From NCBI GenBank assembly GCA_965223505.1, contig CBDCWP010000040.1, positions 32,001-96,000 on the forward strand: 64,000 bases of DNA, given 5' to 3'. The notes under the pieces are model-generated. The model saw nothing but the letters and a program-made list of their open reading frames with translations. It was not told the origin of the DNA and did no database searches. Source of the stretch: Planctomycetota bacterium (GTDB lineage: Bacteria; Planctomycetota; PLA2; JAEUHO01). This document shows, piece by piece, positions 19,129-27,056 of this stretch (its first letter is position 1; every line of letters begins with the position of its first letter). A program made the position numbers and the translations under genes.

Positions 19129-19560
19129 TCACTCGCCCCGACCCCCGGGTCCGTCCGGGGAGGCGCCGTCGCCGACGCTGCGCTCCCATCCGTCCGGATC
19201 CCAAAGCTCCAGGTAGTCCGCCATGCCCGCGACGCGCACCTGCCCGCCCGGGAAGTACTTCTTGATCCAGCGCTTGGGGATGCTGATGCGGCCGGGCCCC
19301 TTGATCTCGACCTCCTCGGCGGTCTGGAAGAAGACGCGCCGGTTCTGCTGGCTCCCCTTGAAGCGGTCCGGCGCGTGCTCCGCCGCCATGCGCTCGAACT
19401 TCGCGGCCGGATAGGCTTCCAAGCACGGCATCTCGTCGCTGGGCACGAGATACAGCCGTCCCTGGCTCTCGGCCTGGATCACGGCGGCGATCGGCGCAGG
19501 GATCACGATGCGATCCTTGTTGTCGATCTTGCGATCGCGAATGCCGGTGAAGAGCGCCAT
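19129..19560 (-). CDS. mraZ: dcw cluster transcriptional regulator
   Basis: 'FTG....KIDNKDRIVIP', 'GRISIP', 'G..DYLELWD'; 143 aa, first gene of the dcw cluster. Confidence 0.9.
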   Translation of the reverse strand: MALFTGIRDRKIDNKDRIVIPAPIAAVIQAESQGRLYLVPSDEMPCLEAYPAAKFERMAAEHAPDRFKGSQQNRRVFFQTAEEVEIKGPGRISIPKRWIKKYFPGGQVRVAGMADYLELWDPDGWERSVGDGASPDGPGGRGE

Positions 19561-19659
19561 GGACCAGACCCTTGCTTTCGGCCCGAAACGAGCCGATTCC
19601 CCCCGAAGGCGCCCTCGCGGCCCTGCCCGGACCGATCCCTGCCCTTCAGGAACCGGAGA

Positions 19660-19686
19660 TTACACTTTCTTACACCAGGTGACAAC
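19660..19686 (-). promoter_or_regulatory. Candidate MraZ operator (10-bp-period direct repeats)
   Basis: Plus strand TTACAC at 19660, TTACAC at 19670, TGACAAC at 19680 (minus strand GTTGTCA / GTGTAA / GTGTAA), about 100 bp upstream of mraZ. Confidence 0.55.
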
Positions 19687-20004
19687 GGGGAATTCATCGC
19701 CAGATTTGCGTTCGTAAATATCTGCATGCAAACAACTTGCGCACAGCAAACAGAAACCCGACAACGGCAAATGACACCTCAGCGGCGTGGAAATTCGGTG
19801 GAGAACGCTTCGGAAGTTGCTTCGACGAGCCGACTTATGCTCTTTCGCCGCGCACAGAGCGGCCACGGTGCGACCTGACGCCGGCCGTCTGTTCGCCCCC
19901 GGTCGAGCGCCGTCGCCGAGCCCCGAAGGCGATCCACAAGCGACGAGCGCGGGGGTGGGGCCATTCCGCCGTCCCCCGGCGCCCGGAGCGTACGATCTGC
20001 GCCG

Positions 20005-20135
20005 CGCGTTGCGCGAAGGACGGTCACGCCCCAGGGGGTCGGCGACCTCGAACCGGGTCAGGTCCGGAAGGAAGCAGCCCTAAGGGGCCCCGTTCGATGT
20101 CCTTGGGTCACCGTGACCGTCCTTCTCGGAACGCG
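20005..20135 (+). ncRNA. ffs: Signal recognition particle RNA (small bacterial type)
   Basis: Conserved core GGGTCAGGTCCGGAAGGAAGCAGCCC; closing stem GAAGGACGGTCACG (20015-28) pairs with CGTGACCGTCCTTC (20112-25); -10-like TACGAT at 19991. Confidence 0.92.
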
Positions 20136-20452
20136 TTCGAACGCGCGGGATGCTCGGTCTGGCTTTGCCATCCGCTCCTCGCGTGGCAGTTCTTTACGCC
20201 CCGCCTCTCGGACCTCGCCGGCTCGGTCCTCGGATCGCTTCGCGCTCATCGGCGGCGAAGGTAGCAAGGATGGCTACGCCATACCGTCGCCCCCGCACGC
20301 CGAACGCGTCCCGGACGGGCCTGAGCAGGAACGACGCATTGAGACAGGAACGCGCGCCGGCTCGTCGCCCCGCGCACCGTTGGGGGCGCGAACCACTGGT
20401 CATTCCAACGCTTCGATCCCTTGTGATCGCAGTCAGAGCGAAGACGCCCGAG

Positions 20453-22219
20453 TCAGTAACCGAGGAGGTTGCCGCGCATCTTGCCCGCGCGCACGAAGTC
20501 CCTTGCGACACGCGCCCCCTGCACGAGACGCCGCTCCTTCAACGGATGACAGAGGAATCGCACCGTCGCCGTCAACGGAAGCTCCGACGGCAAGCCCGTC
20601 GTGATCAACGGATCGTCCCGCAACGCATCCGCCACACGAATCGCCGCCATCACCGTCTTGATGTGATGCGCCACGAAGATCGGTAGCGCCAACCGGCCGT
20701 TCACGCACGACGTCTTCAACGCCGACACCAGCTCGGACGTGCGCCCCCCCGCCATCCGTCGCGCGGCTTCGACGCCCGCAGCAGGATCCGCGACCTGTAT
20801 CGCACGCAACAGCGTTTCCGCGTCGGCGTCGGTCCCCGCCCCCACCGGCGACAGCTCGTCGCGGTCCTCCGCCGCGAGATCGAGCGGCTGCGTGTGCTGC
20901 GTGAACCGCGCGCTATGGAACAAGCCACGCAGCGCCTTCGGACTCGGATGCCGCAGGAGCGACTCGCGCACCGCGTCCGCATGCGTAAGCATGTGCGTGA
21001 CGTGCAGCCACCCTTCGCTGACCGTCTCGTCCGCCTGGATGCCGGGGTCGAAGCGCGCAACGCGCTCCGACGCAGCCGCGGCCAACGCCAGCGCGACCCG
21101 ATCCGGCGCGATCCGCTCCTCGAGGGCCGCTTCGACCGCATGGAGGGCATCCCGCAGCTCGCCGTCGAGCGCCGCGTCGACCAGCCATCGCGCGTCCCAC
21201 GCATCGCGGCTCGTCGCGTTCTCGTGCCACTCGTCGAGGCGCTCCAGACTCGGCTCCATCGCGGTGTTGAAGGCGCGCATGTACGGCAACGTGTCCTCGC
21301 GCGTCGCCGTCACGATGCCGGAGATCAAGGACGTCAAGACCGGGTGGGCGTGCTCCCACCCGATGAGTTGCAACAGCTCCTCCGCCTTGATGGTGTAGAT
21401 CTGCTCGTGGCCGTAGCTCAGGAAGTGGTCGGTTGCGAGGCGCGTCAACCAGTCGAAGACCACCTCGGGGCCGGCGCCGGCCTCGAGCGCGCCGCGAAAC
21501 AACGACTGCGCGTCCGCCTGCCGCTCGTCCTCCACGAGCTGCACGAGTCGCTCGCCGAGCAGGGCCCAGTCCGGCGCCTCGTCGGGCGGCTGCGCGTCGG
21601 CAAACTGCTGCTCCTCACGCCGGGCGTGCGGTTGAACGAGTGTGTGGACGGCCTCCATCAAGGGCTCGCGCGCAGCGTCACCGAAGTGATCGAAGAGCGC
21701 CGCGTAGTCCGCCGCCGCGGCCTGGCCGTGATCGAATCCGTACAGCGCGTGCCGCGCGGCCCAGTCACACGCGAAGCCGAGCACCTGCGCCGGCGTGCGT
21801 CCAAGCACCAACATGCGCTCGACGTCGCGCGCGGCATGCCCGAAGTCCTGTTCGTTGAAGGCGCGGTCGAGGCCCGCTTCGAGCTTCGGAAGCTGCGTCT
21901 CGGGCGGCGGCTCGGACAGATTCAAGTACACGTCGTCGTCGTTCAGACGAACCTCGTAGGCGCGGACGTCCTCACCGCCCATCACGCAGGCGCCGTCGCG
22001 CAGCCGGAACTTCCAGTTGTGCCAGGCGCAGGTGAGCGCGCCGTCCTTCACGTATCCCTGACGCAACGGATAGCCCTCGTGGGGACAGCGGTTGTCGATG
22101 GCCCGTACGGTGCCGCCCGACTCGCGGATGAGCAGGATCTGGTGCGAACCCTCCCGCACCGTGGCCATGCCGCCCCGCGGAAGCTCCTTCAGGCTGAGAA
22201 CCCGGGTCCAATCCGCCAT
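20453..22219 (-). CDS. Rieske [2Fe-2S] protein with a large helical C-terminal region
   Basis: 'NRCPHEGYPL ... LTCAWHNWKF' Rieske boxes; about 480 aa helical tail with several His motifs. Confidence 0.85.
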   Translation of the reverse strand: MADWTRVLSLKELPRGGMATVREGSHQILLIRESGGTVRAIDNRCPHEGYPLRQGYVKDGALTCAWHNWKFRLRDGACVMGGEDVRAYEVRLNDDDVYLNLSEPPPETQLPKLEAGLDRAFNEQDFGHAARDVERMLVLGRTPAQVLGFACDWAARHALYGFDHGQAAAADYAALFDHFGDAAREPLMEAVHTLVQPHARREEQQFADAQPPDEAPDWALLGERLVQLVEDERQADAQSLFRGALEAGAGPEVVFDWLTRLATDHFLSYGHEQIYTIKAEELLQLIGWEHAHPVLTSLISGIVTATREDTLPYMRAFNTAMEPSLERLDEWHENATSRDAWDARWLVDAALDGELRDALHAVEAALEERIAPDRVALALAAAASERVARFDPGIQADETVSEGWLHVTHMLTHADAVRESLLRHPSPKALRGLFHSARFTQHTQPLDLAAEDRDELSPVGAGTDADAETLLRAIQVADPAAGVEAARRMAGGRTSELVSALKTSCVNGRLALPIFVAHHIKTVMAAIRVADALRDDPLITTGLPSELPLTATVRFLCHPLKERRLVQGARVARDFVRAGKMRGNLLGY

Positions 22220-22597
22220 GACGACTCCTCGACCTCGAGATTCTAGATCCGGCGCAGATCACGTGTCCGATCGCCCGAAATCTAGCATTTGAAAAGTTAT
22301 AACTATATTTATATAGCCCGGGCGCATAAATCAAGTGTAATATTTCCAAACCCTTGATTCCAGCATGTTCACCGGATTCGACGCGGGTCTGAGACCGGGT
22401 TCTGCTTGAGAACGGACGCCTACGTTGCCGAAGGGGAGTCGCTGCTTTCGGACCGACCGAACGCCGTGCTGGAGGGCGCTGGTGGTCGCGCGGGGCCGGA
22501 CGCGGCATGAAAGCCAGATGCCGGCACGCCGTGCCGGGGCGTTCCCCGCTGACGCCCCGGGCCCCACGCGACGTGCTCGGCGAAGGAGGACCCCCCT

Positions 22598-23101
22598 ATG
22601 ACGCGCCGAAAGTTCGTCGCCGCAGCCGCTGTGTGCTTGGTCAGCGCACTGGCGGTACCCGCTCCTGCCAATGCGAAAACCACGAGCAGCGGTCAGCTCG
22701 CACCCGACATCGCGATCTCCCACGGATTCAACGGCATCAGCGCCAACGCTTCCCTCAAGGCGTGGCGTGGCACACCCGTCGTGATCAAGTTCTGGAGCCC
22801 GCGCTGTCCGCCGTGCCGCAAGCAGTTGCCCTCGTTGGAGAAGCTCCACAAGCGCTACAAGGCCAAGGGCCTTCACGTCGTCGCAATCTCGCTGGGCAAC
22901 AACGACCGCTCGAAGAAGTACATCGAGCAGAAGGGCCTGACCTTCCCCGTCGGCGTCGACGGTCGGAAGACGACGAGCTCGCGCTACGGCGTGCGCGCGA
23001 TTCCTGCGACGTTCCTCGTCGGGTGCGACGGCCGCCTGCGTGCCATCAACGGCTCGCTCGAGGACGCCGTGCGCAAGGAGCTCAAGCGCAAGAAGAAGTA
23101 G
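22598..23101 (+). CDS. Exported TlpA/ResA-like thiol-disulfide oxidoreductase
   Basis: 'TRRKF' twin-arginine-like signal, 'FWSPRCPPCRKQLP', 'YGVRAIPATFLV'; Shine-Dalgarno AAGGAGG. Confidence 0.85.
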   Translation: MTRRKFVAAAAVCLVSALAVPAPANAKTTSSGQLAPDIAISHGFNGISANASLKAWRGTPVVIKFWSPRCPPCRKQLPSLEKLHKRYKAKGLHVVAISLGNNDRSKKYIEQKGLTFPVGVDGRKTTSSRYGVRAIPATFLVGCDGRLRAINGSLEDAVRKELKRKKK

Positions 23102-23153
23102 AGCAGCGGCGGTCCGTCGGGGCGGCCGTCGCGGGCGCCCGTGATCCCCTGGC

Positions 23154-24218
23154 CTACGGCTGACCGCAGCCTTTCTTCAGCTGCTTCAGCCCTTCGCCCG
23201 GGCCCACGCTGACCAGCGTGTCGCCGGCCTTGATGACGACGTCGGGACCGGGATTGAACGCCGACTCCCCGTTCTCCTCGACGACCGCGACGACCATCAC
23301 GCCGAAGTCGCGACGAATCGGTGAGTCCTTCAGCGCGACGCCGTCCAGCGGTGAGCCCTTTTCGATCAGCACCTCTTCCATGCGGACACCGGCCGCCGTA
23401 CCGCTCTCCTCGCCGGCGCGCACGAGGTTGACCACGTTGGCGACGTGCGGCGTGAGGATCTGCCGCGCCATGTGTGTGGCGCCGATCGTGTAGGGCGAAA
23501 CGACGTGGGTCGCGCCGGCCACCATCAGCTTGCGCTCGGCGCGGCGATCGCGGGCGATCGCGACGATCGAGATGTCCTCGCGGGTCTCGCGCGCGTTCAA
23601 GATCGCGTAGACGTTCTCGGCGTCGGTGGGCAGCGTGCAGAGCAACGCGCGGGCGTGCGCCAAACCGGCCTTCTCGAGCGTGTCCTCCTCCGTCGCGTCC
23701 GCGAGCAGCCCCAGCAGCCCGTCCTTCTCGACGTCGTTGATGACGTGCTCGTCGTGGTCGATGACGACGAGCGGTACGTCGGACTTCATGATCTCCGCGG
23801 CGGTGATCTGCCCGAACCGCCCGTATCCGCACAAGATGAGATGGTCCTTCAGCTCGTTGATTTGACGTTGCATCCTTCGTCTCCCGAGGACCTCGCGAAT
23901 CCGCCCCTCCACCAGCGCCGCGGCCAGGGACGAGATGGCGGCCGAGACGACGCACACACCGGCCACGATGTAGAAGACCGAGAAGAGACGGCCCAGCGTG
24001 GTGTCGGCCTTGTCGCTGTATCCGACGGTCGAGACCGTGATCACGGCCTGGTAGAGGGCCTCGTCGAACGTGATGTCCCCGACGACCATGTACCCGACCG
24101 TGCCGACCGTCACGACGATGAGAATCGCGATCCCGAAGAACAGCGGGCGCGACTGTCGCGCGGCCCACTCGCGCAGCGGACCGTTCGGTCCCAGCAGGTG
24201 GATCGTGCGGCGGATCAT
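23154..24218 (-). CDS. Potassium channel with RCK (TrkA-N/TrkA-C) domains
   Basis: Filter 'TVSTVGYSD', 'HLILCGYGRFG', 'ADATEEDTL..AG', C-terminal 'FNPGPDVVIKAGD'. Confidence 0.92.
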   Translation of the reverse strand: MIRRTIHLLGPNGPLREWAARQSRPLFFGIAILIVVTVGTVGYMVVGDITFDEALYQAVITVSTVGYSDKADTTLGRLFSVFYIVAGVCVVSAAISSLAAALVEGRIREVLGRRRMQRQINELKDHLILCGYGRFGQITAAEIMKSDVPLVVIDHDEHVINDVEKDGLLGLLADATEEDTLEKAGLAHARALLCTLPTDAENVYAILNARETREDISIVAIARDRRAERKLMVAGATHVVSPYTIGATHMARQILTPHVANVVNLVRAGEESGTAAGVRMEEVLIEKGSPLDGVALKDSPIRRDFGVMVVAVVEENGESAFNPGPDVVIKAGDTLVSVGPGEGLKQLKKGCGQP

Positions 24219-24263
24219 CTACGCGAAGTATGAACCGAACGGCGCACACCCGGAAGCCGAAGA

Positions 24264-24353
24264 TGGCGGAGAGGACAGGATTCGAACCTGCGATACCGTT
24301 TCCGGTATACGCGCTTTCCAAGCGCGCGCCTTCGACCACTCGGCCACCTCTCC
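24264..24353 (-). tRNA. tRNA-Ser (anticodon GGA), CCA encoded
   Basis: GGAGAGG/CCTCTCC acceptor stem, anticodon loop TTGGAAA, long variable arm, GGTTCGAATCC T-arm, ends GCCA. Confidence 0.97.
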
Positions 24354-24425
24354 GCGCCACGGATGTCTGCGGAAGGATAGCGCCCAATCCCCGGGTCGCC
24401 CCGTTCGGATCGCGCCGGGGGCGCG

Positions 24426-25913
24426 CTACGCCTGGCGGAAGATGCCCGTGAGGTTGGAGTCGAGACCGGCCCGGAACACCAGGATGCCGTTCGCGACGCT
24501 GTAGCCGAACGCGGCGACGAACGGCGCGAAGTTGTCACCGTTGGGCGCCGGATCACCGTCCGCGGCGATCACGAACGGGCCGAAGGACGCGAAGATCCAG
24601 AACAAGCCGCTGCGGGCGTTCGAGAGCACGTTGGCGAAGGCGAACGACGCGTCGCGCGAGACCTGGTGATAGAGGCGCGAGCTGAGCCCCGGGAACACCG
24701 AGCTGTATGTCGTGCCCACCCCGAACTGCGCCGGCGCCGCGCGCACGTTGGAGATCGATGGGAACGGCGGCAACGACAGGTTCGTGATGACGAACGCCGA
24801 GAACGTGACCGGCGGCGCGCCGTTCACATCCGCGGTGAACTGGGGGATCACGGTGTCCGGCGACATGTCGAGCAGGTCGATCTGCCCGTACGTGCCCGAG
24901 CTGCCGGCGATGGCCAGCCCGGTGCGCACCAACAGCTGCACGGCGGTGTTGTTGCCGATGAAGACGAGATCGTCGTTGGCCGAGTCGGATCCCGTCGCGG
25001 CCCAGACGACGGAGCCGGAGCCGTACACGACCAGCGGTCCGCCGCTGTAGACGTCGTCCACGGTTCCGCCGGTCGGCAGCGCCTCGCCGGCGGAAAGCAC
25101 CTCGTCGAGCGGTACCTGGCCCGGTGCGGTCACGTACAGCCGCTCGACGCCGCCGACGACGGACGCCACGAACGCGACCTGCGTCCCCAACCGGTCGATG
25201 CCGAAGACCGTCAGCGTGTCCAGCGTCTGCGCGCCCGGCAGAGCGTCGCCCTCGCCGATCGTGCGCGTGATGCCGCTGCCGTCGCACTCGATCGAGAAGA
25301 GATCGGTCTCGCCGTTGTCCAGGTTGGCGAGGAAGAAGAACGTGGCGCCTTCGTCGACCTTCGCCTCGTCCGAGTCGAGCGCGAACAAGGCGCCCGTCGC
25401 CGGCGGCAACGCGTCGCCGTCGTAGACGACGTCGTGGATCTGCGTCACGGCGCCCGCGAGCGTCACGACCGCGGACAGCACCCCGAAGGTGCGGCCGCCC
25501 GTATTCGGATTGAGCACGACGTAGGCGACGACCTTGCCGCCCGGGCGCACCCAGACGCGGCCGAAGTCGGCGATCGTCTCGTCTCCGGCGTCCGGGACGG
25601 CCTCGCCGACCGCGAACACCTCGACGAGGCCGGCGCCCGGCAGCGCGGCGTACAGCACGGAGGTCTTCGTCGCGTGCGTCGTCGGCGCGACGAACACGGA
25701 GAAGCCGTCGTCGGCGGCATCCATGCGCGGCTGCGTCGGGAACGCGCCGAAGACCCCGCCGCCGTTCGGAATCGGATCGCCCTCGACGGCCAGCGCCACG
25801 AGCACGCCGGGCAGGCCGGGCACCGTGCCGGCATCGCCGCCACCGCCGCCGCAGGCCGGCAAGAGCGCCGCCGACGCCAGCAAGACCGCGAACAGCGCAG
25901 TGGAGACTCTCAC
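24426..25913 (-). CDS. Hypothetical lipoprotein with repeated beta-propeller-like modules
   Basis: Lipobox LPAC followed by a Gly run; about 6 repeats of '(V/I)..G(D/E).(L/I)P..G.(F/Y)'. Confidence 0.6.
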   Translation of the reverse strand: MRVSTALFAVLLASAALLPACGGGGGDAGTVPGLPGVLVALAVEGDPIPNGGGVFGAFPTQPRMDAADDGFSVFVAPTTHATKTSVLYAALPGAGLVEVFAVGEAVPDAGDETIADFGRVWVRPGGKVVAYVVLNPNTGGRTFGVLSAVVTLAGAVTQIHDVVYDGDALPPATGALFALDSDEAKVDEGATFFFLANLDNGETDLFSIECDGSGITRTIGEGDALPGAQTLDTLTVFGIDRLGTQVAFVASVVGGVERLYVTAPGQVPLDEVLSAGEALPTGGTVDDVYSGGPLVVYGSGSVVWAATGSDSANDDLVFIGNNTAVQLLVRTGLAIAGSSGTYGQIDLLDMSPDTVIPQFTADVNGAPPVTFSAFVITNLSLPPFPSISNVRAAPAQFGVGTTYSSVFPGLSSRLYHQVSRDASFAFANVLSNARSGLFWIFASFGPFVIAADGDPAPNGDNFAPFVAAFGYSVANGILVFRAGLDSNLTGIFRQA

Positions 25914-26003
25914 GACATCCTCCTCAATGCAGGTCGGCGCCTGCCGTCGCCCCACCGGGATCACGCGGCCGAGCGGGCCGCCAGAGGTCGCGCGCGGCGC
26001 CCC

Positions 26004-27056
26004 CTACTTGAAGCTCTCGTTGATCTCGTCGAGCTGTTCGCGTGTCGGGCGCACCTTCTCCAGCGGCAGCGTGGCGAGCGGCTCGTCCGGCAGCTCGGCC
26101 ACGTCGGGCATGGTCGGCACGTCCGGGTCGACGTAGATGAGCCCCGTGAGGAACTCGTCTTCGTTCTGGTAGTCGCGGGCGAGCAGGTCGAGCGCGGCCT
26201 GCTTGTCGCGCGGATCGTGGTTCTCTTCCTCGAGGCGGCGAATCCAGACACTGCCGCCGTCGGGCATCGGAACCGAGACGGCCTCGCCGTCCTTGAACTC
26301 CTGCTCGGGCTGCTCCCAGTACGGCACGAAGCCGACCTCGTGGACGGCGCCTTCGTGGTCGCGGCCCCAGTCGTACGACTTCGTGGAGCCCTCGTGGTTG
26401 TTGAACGTGACGCAGGGGCTCATCACGTCGAGCATGCAGGTGCCGCCGTAGGCGATCGCCGCCTTGAGGATCTGCAGGAGCTGCTTGCGGTCCGCGGAGA
26501 ACGAGCGCGCCACGAACCCGCAGCCGAGGCTGATCGCCATCGCGCACAGGTCGATGGCCGGCAGGTCGTTGAGCGTGCCGTTCTTGAGCTTGCTGCCCTC
26601 GTCGGCGGTCGCCGAGAACTGGCCCTTGGTGAGTCCGTAGACGCCGTTGTTCTCGACCACGTAGATGCACGGGACGTTGCGGCGCATCATGTGGACGAAC
26701 TGGCCCATGCCGATGGACGCGGTGTCGCCGTCACCCGAGATGCCGATGCTCACGAGCTGCCGGTTGGCCATGTTCACGCCCGTCGCGATGGACGGCATGC
26801 GCCCGTGGACGGAGTTGAACCCCCAGGCGCCGTTCAGGAAGTAGGCCGGGGTCTTCGACGAGCACCCGATGCCCGAGAGCTTGGCGACCATGTGCGGCTC
26901 GACGCCCATCTCGTAGAACGCCGAGATGATCGTGTTTGTGATGACGTCGTGTCCGCAGCCCTTGCAGAGCGTGGACTGTCCGCCGCGGTACTCCTGGACC
27001 GTCAGACCGATGCGATTCGTCTTCGGTCCCGGTTTCTTGGCAGCCGGCGCGGTCAT
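26004..27056 (-). CDS. 2-oxoacid:ferredoxin oxidoreductase beta subunit
   Basis: 'LCKGCGH', 'SGIGCSSK', 'HGRMPS', TPP motif 'GDGD...NNGVYGLTKGQ', 'SPCVTFN'. Confidence 0.95.
   Translation of the reverse strand: MTAPAAKKPGPKTNRIGLTVQEYRGGQSTLCKGCGHDVITNTIISAFYEMGVEPHMVAKLSGIGCSSKTPAYFLNGAWGFNSVHGRMPSIATGVNMANRQLVSIGISGDGDTASIGMGQFVHMMRRNVPCIYVVENNGVYGLTKGQFSATADEGSKLKNGTLNDLPAIDLCAMAISLGCGFVARSFSADRKQLLQILKAAIAYGGTCMLDVMSPCVTFNNHEGSTKSYDWGRDHEGAVHEVGFVPYWEQPEQEFKDGEAVSVPMPDGGSVWIRRLEEENHDPRDKQAALDLLARDYQNEDEFLTGLIYVDPDVPTMPDVAELPDEPLATLPLEKVRPTREQLDEINESFK

Noticed and set aside
19561..20000. oriC in the AT-richer region upstream of mraZ
   Set aside because: No cluster of TTATCCACA DnaA boxes; the region is explained by divergent mraZ and ffs promoters.
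22371..22400. GGATTCGAC resembling the tmRNA 5' end
   Set aside because: No GGGG acceptor start, no tag reading frame and no T-arm/CCA 3' end were found.
24219..24425. tRNA-Ser as an integration site for an island or prophage
   Set aside because: No integrase and no duplicated tRNA 3' end seen in the window.
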